Part shown: positions 28,232-38,079 of the stretch, in pieces
Numbering within the stretch: position 1 is the stretch's first letter
Layout of the letters: each line of letters starts with the position of its first letter
Origin: a virus
Reading direction: 5' to 3' (one strand)
DNA length: 64,000 nucleotides
IMG/VR virus record: IMGVR_UViG_3300028374_000796
Position numbers and translations under genes: made by a program
The notes under the pieces: model-generated
What the model was told of the DNA's origin: nothing
The model's input: only the letters and a program-made list of their open reading frames with translations
Databases searched by the model: none

Positions 28232-29002
28232 ATGAGTAAGAAACCCGGAACCGAAGTCGAATTAAGCCCGATGGTCACTAAATATTGGAAAGAAAAAGGT
28301 TATTGCGTACACGGAGAGGTAGCAATTTTCGGTCGATCCACTTTCGTAGACCATGTTGCCCATACAGGACCCTGCCATGATCCCGACTATATTGTGGGCA
28401 TTGAAATGAAGAGGGGAGGGGGGAAAGCGCTACGAAAGCAGATGTTTAAACTGGATGTCAAGCACGTAGCAGATGAATTATGGGGTGTCGTTATTTCTAA
28501 CCCAAGAGAAGCTACCTTAGAAAAATGGAAAGAAAATGGAAGATGGAATATGCCAGGTCTTATGGTATGGACAGAGGAGGGTCTGGAAACTCTGGTAGAA
28601 CCAAAAGAGAATAGAGAATATAAAAGAGCTATGAAGCGTGATAAACTGTTGCTCATCAAAGAAAATAAAGATATCATCGCAGGCTATCCTTCGGGGCACG
28701 AGGATAATGATTATCTAACTCATTTTTCCTATACGAAAGATGAGATCCTTAAACAAATCGAGAAAGGAGGTCTGGTATCCTGTGAGGATCTTTATGATAA
28801 CCTACCCTATTCTGCGGAACCCTATAAAAGAAAAAAAAGCGCCATGAACAGAATGCTCACGGCGCTTGAAGAGAAAGAGGGTAAAATTATCTTATCAAAG
28901 AGAGAAGGTAGGACAAGGTTCTATAAAATAGATGAGTCCGATAGTCTTAGATGGGATATTGATACCAGGTTTGAAGATCTATTTGAGAACGACGAGGACT
29001 AA
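28232..29002 (+). CDS. Putative PD-(D/E)xK nuclease with a C-terminal winged helix
   Basis: VHGEV...VDHVA...IEMK; C-terminal HTH-like segment. Confidence 0.55.
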   Translation: MSKKPGTEVELSPMVTKYWKEKGYCVHGEVAIFGRSTFVDHVAHTGPCHDPDYIVGIEMKRGGGKALRKQMFKLDVKHVADELWGVVISNPREATLEKWKENGRWNMPGLMVWTEEGLETLVEPKENREYKRAMKRDKLLLIKENKDIIAGYPSGHEDNDYLTHFSYTKDEILKQIEKGGLVSCEDLYDNLPYSAEPYKRKKSAMNRMLTALEEKEGKIILSKREGRTRFYKIDESDSLRWDIDTRFEDLFENDED

Positions 29003-29119
29003 TTTTAAATTAATCTTCCCAGCGCTTTAATTAGTGTTTTTCTAAGGTTTTTATTCATAATAAATAAAGCTCCAAATAAGTGGGAAAATGAGGGTCACAC
29101 CTAGCAATATATAAAAACC

Positions 29120-30973
29120 TTATTTGATATCTTCGAAGTCTCTGTTTTTCCCTTTAAGGCTGAGACCCCTCATTCGTTTCAGGTTCATAGCATCTGGTCC
29201 TAACATTTCCAGAAGATCTGGGGGCAATTCTTCTTCCAACAGACCTGCGGCCTTAGCCTCCTCTTCATAAGAGACAGGGGTAACTCTTTCGATGGTCAAC
29301 GGCTTTGGAACATGTATCGCCCAGTCGGTTTGAAACGAAAGAGATACTGATGAGTTGAAGTAATAATCCTGCGAAGTATTGTCATAAACTTCTTCGCTCT
29401 CCCCACCAAAAGAAATATCAGTCAGTTCAATTCCTTCCTCGGTCAAAGAGCTTTTCCTAATGCCGAAGAAATACATGAGAACCATATCTGAAATCTCTTC
29501 TCGGGTAGAAGGGTCTCTAGTAATGATATCTAGGTCTACAGACATATCCCACCTTCCTCCATACTCATCTGCGACCGCAACTCTATTAGGATGAACTACG
29601 ATAGCACTTTTGTCGCCCTCACTAATCCTTCTACCAAAAGCCATTACAACTCCGGGGATTGCCTCATTGTTGGAGTGATCTTCTCTTATTCCGAAAGGTC
29701 CTCTCGATGCCATCGGATATTTATAAGAAGCTGATATCTCAGTTCCGATAGGAAAAAGTTTGATAAGAGTAATCTTTCCCGTCTGAGGATCAAAGGTGAA
29801 GTCCCCACCTTCTATGGCTTCGGAAGTAAGACCAGAAGTTTTTTCTTCAATCCTTTCTGCGATCTGGGTAGGAGTATAATCCCCTCTATAAAAAGGAATA
29901 TCATAGGGGTCCCCATTTACTACAAAAGAGAACTCGGTGTCTTCTACAATATTGGATTGGAAAAGGTGACCTTCCAAAGTGACTGGGACATCTCCTTCCA
30001 TAACACCTAGTGTGGAATTGGCATAGCCATCATTGCCGGATTCTTCTGCAATATGAAGGGACTTCGTAGTTTCTATTGCCAATTTACCTGTGGGGGTAGT
30101 AGTCACTTTAAAATCCTGCGAAGTAACTACGCCGTATAGCGCATTTCGGATATCCGCTGCAACCTCTTCAGCGGACCTAAGACCGCTTTGTAAGGTAATT
30201 GGTGCCATCATACCGTTGAGGGTCAACAAAAGGCTGTCGTTCTGTCCTTGGGCTATCTGAAAGGGTTCTTCTTTGGTTCCTGTAACCTTGCACGGAACCT
30301 GTCCGGTAGGTAATCCGAAGTTAGGGTGCGAGGATTTAATCTCCAACGAATTCGTAGCTTGAAGACTGAGATAATGTCCAGTCATCAAAGGTTTATCCCC
30401 GTTCTCAAAAAGCCTTATAGTACCTTCAAGGGCAGGCGTATTCATTATATAGGCTTCATCATCTTGAGGTCCCGACACTTTTAAGACAGGCTCACGAGTT
30501 ACAGTAAGAAGAGGATCGACATAGAAATAGAAAGGATGCTTTCCTACATTATCTACCATATCTGAAAAGCTAAGATAATCCGGTCCAAAATAGGAATCTG
30601 GTTCTTTTTCTAATTCTTCGGAAGACCTCACCTCGATATAATATATACCAGGATCCGAAGGAAAATATCCATCATTAGACCTTACTCGATTCAGGTCTTC
30701 ACGAACCCATTCTATAGAATGACCTTTGTGATTATCTACCTGGGCGTGCATAATATGGGATACAACCGTTCCTACAAAGTTATCTGCGGACAGCTTATTA
30801 GGAGTTGCCCCTACTCCCGTTACAATGATACCTTTCTGGGGTCTTTCCTTGAAAGAGTACTTGTGATTGATATGGGGAAGAATGTCCTTGTGCTGATCAA
30901 AGAAATATCGAAAACAAATTTTCAATTCCCGAATAACTTTTCTTTTTAACGCACCAGTCAAATAATAATACAT
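29120..30973 (-). CDS. Putative tail completion/terminator protein with inserted domains
   Basis: Lies in the tail/neck module; shares repeated domains with the sheath. Confidence 0.55.
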   Translation of the reverse strand: MYYYLTGALKRKVIRELKICFRYFFDQHKDILPHINHKYSFKERPQKGIIVTGVGATPNKLSADNFVGTVVSHIMHAQVDNHKGHSIEWVREDLNRVRSNDGYFPSDPGIYYIEVRSSEELEKEPDSYFGPDYLSFSDMVDNVGKHPFYFYVDPLLTVTREPVLKVSGPQDDEAYIMNTPALEGTIRLFENGDKPLMTGHYLSLQATNSLEIKSSHPNFGLPTGQVPCKVTGTKEEPFQIAQGQNDSLLLTLNGMMAPITLQSGLRSAEEVAADIRNALYGVVTSQDFKVTTTPTGKLAIETTKSLHIAEESGNDGYANSTLGVMEGDVPVTLEGHLFQSNIVEDTEFSFVVNGDPYDIPFYRGDYTPTQIAERIEEKTSGLTSEAIEGGDFTFDPQTGKITLIKLFPIGTEISASYKYPMASRGPFGIREDHSNNEAIPGVVMAFGRRISEGDKSAIVVHPNRVAVADEYGGRWDMSVDLDIITRDPSTREEISDMVLMYFFGIRKSSLTEEGIELTDISFGGESEEVYDNTSQDYYFNSSVSLSFQTDWAIHVPKPLTIERVTPVSYEEEAKAAGLLEEELPPDLLEMLGPDAMNLKRMRGLSLKGKNRDFEDIK

Positions 30974-31021
30974 GGAGTTTTCCTCTCTGTTTTAGCTACT
31001 AATGACAGAGAACATAAATAG

Positions 31022-31063
31022 AAAAACCCTCTGAATTCTTTTAGAAAGCGTCAGAGGGTTTCT
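31022..31063. terminator. Intrinsic terminator
   Basis: AAAAACCCTCTGA...TCAGAGGGTTT. Confidence 0.65.
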
Positions 31064-31081
31064 GTTTTGCACTACTTTTAA

Positions 31082-31546
31082 TCAAGTAAAAGAAATTGTA
31101 TCCAGTATAGGACGGAGATGAGGTCTTAGTTCTGGATTAGTGTACCCCAGTCTAATTAATTGGTCTTTTAGCGTACCCACCATAGTAAAGGATCGCATCC
31201 TGCGCTCTTGTTGACGACGCTTTATATCTTCAAGGGTCATTTTAGGTTTTTCTGGAGTAGGACTGTAGGCCCTGGGATTATCATAAACTTTTTTGAGAGT
31301 ATCATGAAGATCCCTCATCATGTCTTTTTCTTTTTGACGTAAAGACATGTCATTCCAGAAGACCTCATTCAAGGTTTCCATAACCATCTTCACAGACTGC
31401 AAAGGAATCTCATCATTTGATTGACACCCACGCAAAAAAGCACGAAGGGTCGGGTTGGAGTGAAACTTAACCACGTCTTGGATCTGTCTGATATAACGAT
31501 CCGTTAAAATGACGTTCTGACCTCTTCGTGCTTTTTTCTTAGACAT
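31082..31546 (-). CDS. Hypothetical protein with C-terminal LKxQLIxLG tag
   Basis: TLKDQLIRLGYTNPELRPHLRPILDTISFT at the C-terminus. Confidence 0.7.
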   Translation of the reverse strand: MSKKKARRGQNVILTDRYIRQIQDVVKFHSNPTLRAFLRGCQSNDEIPLQSVKMVMETLNEVFWNDMSLRQKEKDMMRDLHDTLKKVYDNPRAYSPTPEKPKMTLEDIKRRQQERRMRSFTMVGTLKDQLIRLGYTNPELRPHLRPILDTISFT

Positions 31547-31610
31547 TTTAATCCTAAGTATTGGAGTCCATTTTCTAAGGACTATTCAATACAAAAAGAT
31601 TAAATGCATT

Positions 31611-32657
31611 TCAGTCGTCGTATTCTGCGCGTGCTTGTACCAAAAGACCTTCGGCCACAGAAGTCATTGGGTCTTCTGCATGTCTAATTTCACTAATTTC
31701 AATAGGAAATTTAGCCCTGTATTTCGTTTCAAAAACATCTTCAAATAAGGGGAGGAATCCCTTTGCCTTGGAAGTTCCACCACTAATGACAATAGGGATT
31801 GCACTTTTCAGTTCGGTATCACTCTGGGATTTACGAAACTGTTCTGCAATTTTCTTGAGAGTTCTAGAAATCAAACTTCGGTAGTAAACAACTAGAGCTT
31901 CTTCCTCTCTCGTCTTGGGGTCAAGAAGATTTACTCCCTTCTCTTTAATGGCACACATTCTAGAAGCTGTAGATCCCACAGCCTTAGCACTTTGTTCATC
32001 GATCCAATCTCCCGAGTTCTGAACCGAGAACTCCATAATAGGCATTGTCATGTAAGCGAGAGCAATATTTGCCATACCCGCTCCGTATGAGACAGATACC
32101 CCTGAGAAACCGTCTCCGGCGCACTCAGCATAGATGATAGCCATTGCTTCATTTCCTGAAATGGCAGTATAACCCAAATCCGTTAAAATACGCTCGAATA
32201 CCGCTTCGTGATAGGCAACGTCCTGACCTGGATTATCCACGGGGGCAGCAGGAATGGAGTAATAACAAACCTCACCTTCTTCTTGGGGCTTACCCACCAC
32301 GTTCTCAATGAGAATGGAAAGAATTTCCAAAGCATCAATCTCAGAAGCGGAAATAAGACCCCCAGACAAAGGTCGTCTAGCCTCTCTCTTAAAAAGATTA
32401 GCCATCTCTAGGGCAGGGTCCCCTAAAATAATGATCTTGTCCTCATACTCTACATACGAGACACCGCTCATTTTGAGCATTTTCTTAGCTTCTGGTTCTA
32501 AGTCCAGGAAAGCATCTCTAATGCGTTTGGTTTGAACAGAATTTCCCTGCTTTCTAGCAGAAATAATATTCATAGTGCCGATATCTAACCCAACTGGAGA
32601 GGGCTTTTTTTTTGTTTCTTCTTGTTTCTCTTTTTTTTCATTTTCGGACATATTCAT
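31611..32657 (-). CDS. Actin-fold ATPase (MreB/ParM/FtsA superfamily)
   Basis: VGLDIGT (phosphate 1), NEAMAII (connect 1), SYGAGMANI (phosphate 2), ISGGTS (adenosine), DPMTSVAEG (connect 2). Confidence 0.85.
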   Translation of the reverse strand: MNMSENEKKEKQEETKKKPSPVGLDIGTMNIISARKQGNSVQTKRIRDAFLDLEPEAKKMLKMSGVSYVEYEDKIIILGDPALEMANLFKREARRPLSGGLISASEIDALEILSILIENVVGKPQEEGEVCYYSIPAAPVDNPGQDVAYHEAVFERILTDLGYTAISGNEAMAIIYAECAGDGFSGVSVSYGAGMANIALAYMTMPIMEFSVQNSGDWIDEQSAKAVGSTASRMCAIKEKGVNLLDPKTREEEALVVYYRSLISRTLKKIAEQFRKSQSDTELKSAIPIVISGGTSKAKGFLPLFEDVFETKYRAKFPIEISEIRHAEDPMTSVAEGLLVQARAEYDD

Positions 32658-33672
32658 CTCCTATATATGGAACTAATTCCTGTTTACACTCGTCTCTGTT
32701 ATTTTCTAAATCACTCTCCCAGAAACGGATAACTATATAATCCTTATTCCGCAAATATTTATTACATGCAGAGTCTCGCCACCTATTGGTTTTCTGAAGA
32801 TCATATAAATCTTTATCCTCGTACTTATCGGGATGGGCGTGCCAAAAATCTCCATCAGCTTGAACCACTACATTTTGGTCTGGTAGAAGAAAATCAACCA
32901 TATAATACCCGATAATTGCCTGCTCTTTGTATAAAACCTCTAATTCCTCAAGAATTTCTCTCACAGCCCTTTCTGGGGCAGTTTCTGAACGGGGCATTTT
33001 AGCTAAACGAGCTGGCATAGTCTCTCGAAGTTTTTGTTTATACTCCTTAGCCTTTTCTTCACCATAGAATTCTTCATAAGTGCTACCTCTTTTTTCCTCA
33101 GTATGCGCACGAATGCCCCTAGTAATTCTCTTAACATACTCGGGGTCCTCATACAAATGCATTACATTATGAATAGGATTAGCATCTCCTTTCTGAAGTT
33201 CTCCAAAATCGGGGTTCTCTTTATGCCACTGGCGTAGAGGGTGTTTGTCTCCCTCTAACCAAGGACGGTCTTTATCCCCATAGTTAGGATTATTCTTCCC
33301 GGATCTTCTCTCAGGTAACGAGGCCAACTGAATATTATATAACTCCAAACGAATACCTATGGTAGTCTCGGAACATTCAAATTTTTTAGATAGTTCTACC
33401 ACACTTGCTAAAGGATTTTCTTCTAAATGCCTGAGAATATCCTCCTTACTAATATTCACATCTCCCTTGAAGGGTCTTTGCGCACACAGCCCATGTCTAA
33501 TGAGTTCTCTTGAAATAATGGACCTAGTAGTACCGAACCTCTGTGCCAAAGTTTTTTGAGTAGTGCCAGGATCATCTGACAAAGCCTGTTCTAGATCCTG
33601 TTTTTCTATTGTTTTCTTTCCCCGTTTTCCTAATTTAATAACAAATAAAACCTCAAAAATATTCTGTCTCAC
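32638..33672 (-). CDS. Homing-type endonuclease: HTH repeats plus Vsr/DUF559 nuclease
   Basis: SETAPERAV, VDFLL, QADGDFWHAH, RDSACN, IRFWESD; N-terminal HTHs and SGKNNPNYG. Confidence 0.8.
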   Translation of the reverse strand: MRQNIFEVLFVIKLGKRGKKTIEKQDLEQALSDDPGTTQKTLAQRFGTTRSIISRELIRHGLCAQRPFKGDVNISKEDILRHLEENPLASVVELSKKFECSETTIGIRLELYNIQLASLPERRSGKNNPNYGDKDRPWLEGDKHPLRQWHKENPDFGELQKGDANPIHNVMHLYEDPEYVKRITRGIRAHTEEKRGSTYEEFYGEEKAKEYKQKLRETMPARLAKMPRSETAPERAVREILEELEVLYKEQAIIGYYMVDFLLPDQNVVVQADGDFWHAHPDKYEDKDLYDLQKTNRWRDSACNKYLRNKDYIVIRFWESDLENNRDECKQELVPYIGDEYVRK

Positions 33673-33926
33673 TAGACTAGTTTTTGACCATCTAGTAGAA
33701 TGGATCCCATTTTAATCTGGAGGCGACCGCTATTTACCAAATCTTCAATAAGGGAAGATATGATGTCTCCATTTGAAATAACCGCAGATACAATATCATC
33801 ATACCGATGAATAAAAATCTCTTCTGCCTCTACTACGGATGCAGTTCTATTGGATGCAAAAGATTTCTTTGCTATCCGAAACAGAACTTTTCTGGCGATC
33901 TTAATATTCCTAGTAGGATCTTTCAT
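33672..33926 (-). CDS. Hypothetical protein with basic tag
   Basis: KIARKVLFRIA...NRTAS. Confidence 0.6.
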   Translation of the reverse strand: MKDPTRNIKIARKVLFRIAKKSFASNRTASVVEAEEIFIHRYDDIVSAVISNGDIISSLIEDLVNSGRLQIKMGSILLDGQKLV

Positions 33927-34207
33927 TGTGGTCGTTCCGTGTTCAATAATTCCAGATAAGAAGTATAAAAACCTACACCTCCATCGGGAACCATCTTTTC
34001 CAGTGCTTCAAGTCTCTCTGCAAAGAGAGTAAGAATCCTTTCCACTTCTTGTGGAGTATATCCCTCTTCTAGCATAAATCTCTTGCCGAATGCCTTTCTC
34101 AACATCCTTCTAGCTGAAACAGAAAACAAACGTCTTCTCTTTTTCTGTTTAACGTCCAAACTACGACGGGCGATTTTTCGGGCCATTTGATCTGGATTCT
34201 TACTCAT
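33923..34207 (-). CDS. Hypothetical protein with basic tag
   Basis: QMARKIARRS. Confidence 0.6.
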   Translation of the reverse strand: MSKNPDQMARKIARRSLDVKQKKRRRLFSVSARRMLRKAFGKRFMLEEGYTPQEVERILTLFAERLEALEKMVPDGGVGFYTSYLELLNTERPQ

Positions 34208-34880
34208 TAGAGCTTCCCTTCTTGTTGGCTTTCCTCATAGCAGATAGTGCTTTAGTAGCATCATCTACGCCGGACCTAGTAGATGTTTCTTCTTCGACCT
34301 TCATATCCGCAGATACTTTGGCATTATCGGATCGAATTTGAGAAGGGATGAAAACAAAAGAATCTTCATCATCTTCTTGTATTGAAGACCCTACTCGGGT
34401 TCCGCCCCCCGAGTTCGTAAGTGCCATTTCCTTTAAAAGAGCTTTCATATCCTCTGCGGAGATCCCACCACTAGGGGCTGGAGGATTAGTCAACATCTCT
34501 GCCATTTTAGAAATCAATTCCTTTTGGGACTCTACTACTTGATTCTGACCCTCAACGACCTGTTCCAGCTTCCGAAGCAGAGACTGTGTATCCTGCGATG
34601 GGGTGGAAGAGGATGCAGGAACTTTTGGAGGAGTAGTAGATTTTGGACTTGACTTTGGAACCGGCTCTTTAAGTTTCTTTTGAGAAGGGGGTTTGTTTTG
34701 AGTAGCGTTAATAATTTTCACTTTAGTAACCAAACCCTTCTGCAAAGCATAAGATAGATCGGAAGACCATGAGGCTCTATCGAAATGAATACGAACACTT
34801 CTCTGATAAGGGACAGTAAGACCTAAATCCTCAATTCTATGACTCCCAATAACGTTACCTTTAATTACCATCATCTTCAT
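34200..34880 (-). CDS. Hypothetical protein (P/S-rich linker, coiled coil)
   Basis: 226-aa ORF in the structural run. Confidence 0.65.
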   Translation of the reverse strand: MKMMVIKGNVIGSHRIEDLGLTVPYQRSVRIHFDRASWSSDLSYALQKGLVTKVKIINATQNKPPSQKKLKEPVPKSSPKSTTPPKVPASSSTPSQDTQSLLRKLEQVVEGQNQVVESQKELISKMAEMLTNPPAPSGGISAEDMKALLKEMALTNSGGGTRVGSSIQEDDEDSFVFIPSQIRSDNAKVSADMKVEEETSTRSGVDDATKALSAMRKANKKGSSNE

Positions 34881-34881
34881 G

Positions 34882-35424
34882 TTATTCTCCTTCTAATGCT
34901 TTTCTAATTAAATCCTGATATCCCTTAGCCAATTCTTTCTTAACTCGCTCTCTAGCCTTTTCAACGCCTCGGTCCAAAAAATGCTTTCCTTTAATTCCAG
35001 GATGTTGCCAGGAACCGTCTGCCATCGTCTTAGAAGATGGCATCCTATAAATAACTTCTCCCGAATCCGTAATAATAGGAATGGGTCGTTTTGCCCGTTC
35101 TAAATAAATCATCTGATGAGGCTCCACACCTTTATTTAAGTACTGTGCGGCGGGATGGTCAGATTTGATCACCATCGTTGAATTTTTTACTTCATATTCA
35201 AAAGATTTTAAAAGATTAGTAGGAGGATTATTCCAGGAAGATCTTTTGATTTCTCTCTGAATTTCCCTGACTGCATATTTACCAGCGCGCTCCAGAGCTT
35301 CTTGTCTTGCTCTTTCAAAATCAGCATCATCTGGAAGATCTTTCACCAGAGGTTTTCCATAGACACCCTTTACACGTTTTTTAGACATAGAAACCTCGAA
35401 AATGAGAGAAAAGCTTGACCTCAC
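34882..35424 (-). CDS. Putative neck/tail completion protein (HK97 gp10-like)
   Basis: HPAAQYLNKG, HPGIKGKHFLDRGVEKA. Confidence 0.6.
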   Translation of the reverse strand: MRSSFSLIFEVSMSKKRVKGVYGKPLVKDLPDDADFERARQEALERAGKYAVREIQREIKRSSWNNPPTNLLKSFEYEVKNSTMVIKSDHPAAQYLNKGVEPHQMIYLERAKRPIPIITDSGEVIYRMPSSKTMADGSWQHPGIKGKHFLDRGVEKARERVKKELAKGYQDLIRKALEGE

Positions 35425-35454
35425 TTAGCAGATATATAGAAGAATTATATTTCG

Positions 35455-36846
35455 TTAGGAAGTCTTGGTAATATTATCGTAGGTAGGAGTCCTTCCCCTT
35501 TCTTCTACCTCATTAGGAACATCTTCATGGTCTGTAATTTGGTCATTGGTTTTATTAGGAATAGGTTCACCATCTTTATGTACTTGTGACCTATCCAGAG
35601 TAGGTGCTCGTGTCTCGGGATAGTCAAAGTCCCCTAAGTTAAGAGGAACCTCCTGACGAATATCCTCCAGAGAATCAATCATGTCGATCGAAAAATGTTG
35701 CTGCAAAATATTGCCCCTGTTTGTGGGCATTCTAACAGGACCTATAGAATAACGGTCATTATTTTTCTTGACAATGAAATCTCTCTGTGATAACATAGGA
35801 GTAGGACCTGTCCAAACCTCATAGATATGTTCCAAATGGAAACCAGTCTGATCGAATACCACGTTCTTATCCGCATCCTGAGGAGCTATCTTAAGTTCAT
35901 AAGGACCTTCGTAGCCTCCCACATATCCAGTGGCAAAACACTCCAGGCAGGATGAGTCAGGGTGTAAATAATCATGATCCCAACAATCGCATAGCTCACC
36001 TGTCCATTTTCTAATAAAAGCCCATACTCGTTCTCCCCCTTGGTCAAGGATCCAGGCGTTACGACGAATACCTTCCCTCCAGATATAATCCATGTTTTCC
36101 ATGTGCTGAATGGTCTTAGCCTCAGTCCATGCCAGCGGAGTTTCCAATAACTCTTCCTCTATCGGGTCTCCATTCTCGTCCACACCATCCCAATGACGAT
36201 ACCCTACCGTAGTTACCCGATAAAAAACTTTCCTATCCAACATATTTGTTACTAGGTTCAGATTGTAGTGGTAGGTACAAGTAACTGTGCTTTCGGGATT
36301 AGGGAGAACTGGAGACACCAATTTATTAGTAGCAGTATCATAGATAGGATCTGCTCTCAGTTGTACTTCGCCGGTCGCACCATTTATAGCTTCCACAGGG
36401 ACTTCGTTACCGTCTATTTTAACGATGACCTGAGAGGGATGGTTCGCAGGATAATTTTCAGAATCAGGTTTAACAATGGGATAGTTGTCTACTTGAAAAA
36501 TCCATTTTCCTCCCTCATCTTCTTGACCCTTTGCTAGAAAACTAGAACTAACATTTTCATCAATGACTTCCTTATGGAGAGTAGCATCTCTATAGAAAGG
36601 TGCTCCCAAAGGTTCATCATTAAGACGGTAATAGGGACCTAGTTCAGAGTTGTTAGATCTATATACATTGACCCCTAAGATATCCCAGTTCTTATTGCCA
36701 CCTAACGAGGTAGGATCGTCCCATCTCAAATCAAAGGCGTTCAAACCTTGATCAAAAGCAAAAAGAACCTCTAAGTTAGCAGGAGGAAGGGGATGTGTAG
36801 GATTCTGGCGTTCCCTATTTTGTGTTTTTCGGTCTTTTTGTGTCAT
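35455..36846 (-). CDS. Putative head-closure/neck protein
   Basis: GERVWAFIRKWTGELCDCWD...CLECFATGYVGGY; structural module. Confidence 0.6.
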   Translation of the reverse strand: MTQKDRKTQNRERQNPTHPLPPANLEVLFAFDQGLNAFDLRWDDPTSLGGNKNWDILGVNVYRSNNSELGPYYRLNDEPLGAPFYRDATLHKEVIDENVSSSFLAKGQEDEGGKWIFQVDNYPIVKPDSENYPANHPSQVIVKIDGNEVPVEAINGATGEVQLRADPIYDTATNKLVSPVLPNPESTVTCTYHYNLNLVTNMLDRKVFYRVTTVGYRHWDGVDENGDPIEEELLETPLAWTEAKTIQHMENMDYIWREGIRRNAWILDQGGERVWAFIRKWTGELCDCWDHDYLHPDSSCLECFATGYVGGYEGPYELKIAPQDADKNVVFDQTGFHLEHIYEVWTGPTPMLSQRDFIVKKNNDRYSIGPVRMPTNRGNILQQHFSIDMIDSLEDIRQEVPLNLGDFDYPETRAPTLDRSQVHKDGEPIPNKTNDQITDHEDVPNEVEERGRTPTYDNITKTS

Positions 36847-37232
36847 AGCCTTAGTACCTGCAATTCTCCCAAGATCCTGTTGACGAATTTTTTTGGAGTT
36901 TCATCGCGAGTTCTTTTCCATCCTAAGATAGAAGCCCCTACTTCAATCACGACGGATTTTGGAATGTTTTCTAATAACGCTTCTTGTGAGGGGGGATTAT
37001 ATGGCCAAGAGAAAAAAGAGTCTTCCTCTTCAAGATCATCATTGACCTTAAATAAAAACAGGCGTTCACAGAAAGCGTACTTCATAAGTTCGTAAATAAA
37101 CTCAAACTCTGGGTATTGCTTTCGGAGTAACACCTGCTGATTACCTGTAAGAGGTATATAGAAAAACGTCAGTTCTGGAGTAGAAATAGGGGTATAGCAG
37201 TGGAGAGTACGCTGATTCCAGAATGATGACAT
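36843..37232 (-). CDS. Hypothetical protein
   Basis: 129-aa ORF overlapping the neck gene start. Confidence 0.55.
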   Translation of the reverse strand: MSSFWNQRTLHCYTPISTPELTFFYIPLTGNQQVLLRKQYPEFEFIYELMKYAFCERLFLFKVNDDLEEEDSFFSWPYNPPSQEALLENIPKSVVIEVGASILGWKRTRDETPKKFVNRILGELQVLRL

Positions 37233-37404
37233 AGGTTCTCCGAATCAAGGGGGAAGGGAAATCTCAATGAGACGGAAAATAAATAGATTCTGGTCTTTTA
37301 GGAAGAAGGCCAATCCACTTTATAGGTCTGAAATTTATCTTTAAGGACATTAATCTGACGAGTAGACAGGGATCGTTTGGATCCGATCTGGTCTGCAACA
37401 CTTT

Positions 37405-38079
37405 TCACAAACTCCATCGTCCAAGTATCCCCCTTTCTTTGTCCCCCTTTCTTTGTGCCCCTTTCCAAACTTTCCTCATAGGACTAATTAGACGATGCTC
37501 TTCTTGATTTTGAACATCTTCGGTGTCTTGTCCTTCATCCTGCGCTTCGTCCAGAACATCTAGGAGAGCGCTTTCCTGTTTGAAAGACAGAATACCACCT
37601 CCTTCCAACTTATCGTGGAGAGATCTCAAAAAGGAATTGTCCGCCCATCCCTGATACGCTTCTATCTTTTTTAACCATTCATGCTTATACTTCTCTCTAT
37701 CTTCGATTTGGGAAAGACGGTCGTAAAAACTTTGAGACGAGACATAAGCTCTTTTCATACGCTTAACGCCCTTCTCCCAAGTATCTTTCCAATTATTAGT
37801 TCTCTTAAAATGGTTTTGACCCATCGCTTTTCTATTAAGGGTATATCCGTTGTGAAGGCTCTCAAGGCGTAGTTTCATCGAAGCCTTGCCCTTACCCATA
37901 GCATCGTCTCGGGAGCCAATAGTGGACGATAGGACAACCCCTACATGCTTGCTTAGGGGAAGAACATAGACACCTGCCCTATTTTCTTTGAGATACCATT
38001 TGCCTCGAAATCCGATCTCATCTAGCCAAAATTCTAATTCATCACGACTAATCTGAACATAAGCTGCTTCTACAAACAT
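37405..38079 (-). CDS. Hypothetical protein
   Basis: 224-aa ORF coupled to the helicase fragment. Confidence 0.6.
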   Translation of the reverse strand: MFVEAAYVQISRDELEFWLDEIGFRGKWYLKENRAGVYVLPLSKHVGVVLSSTIGSRDDAMGKGKASMKLRLESLHNGYTLNRKAMGQNHFKRTNNWKDTWEKGVKRMKRAYVSSQSFYDRLSQIEDREKYKHEWLKKIEAYQGWADNSFLRSLHDKLEGGGILSFKQESALLDVLDEAQDEGQDTEDVQNQEEHRLISPMRKVWKGAQRKGDKERGILGRWSL

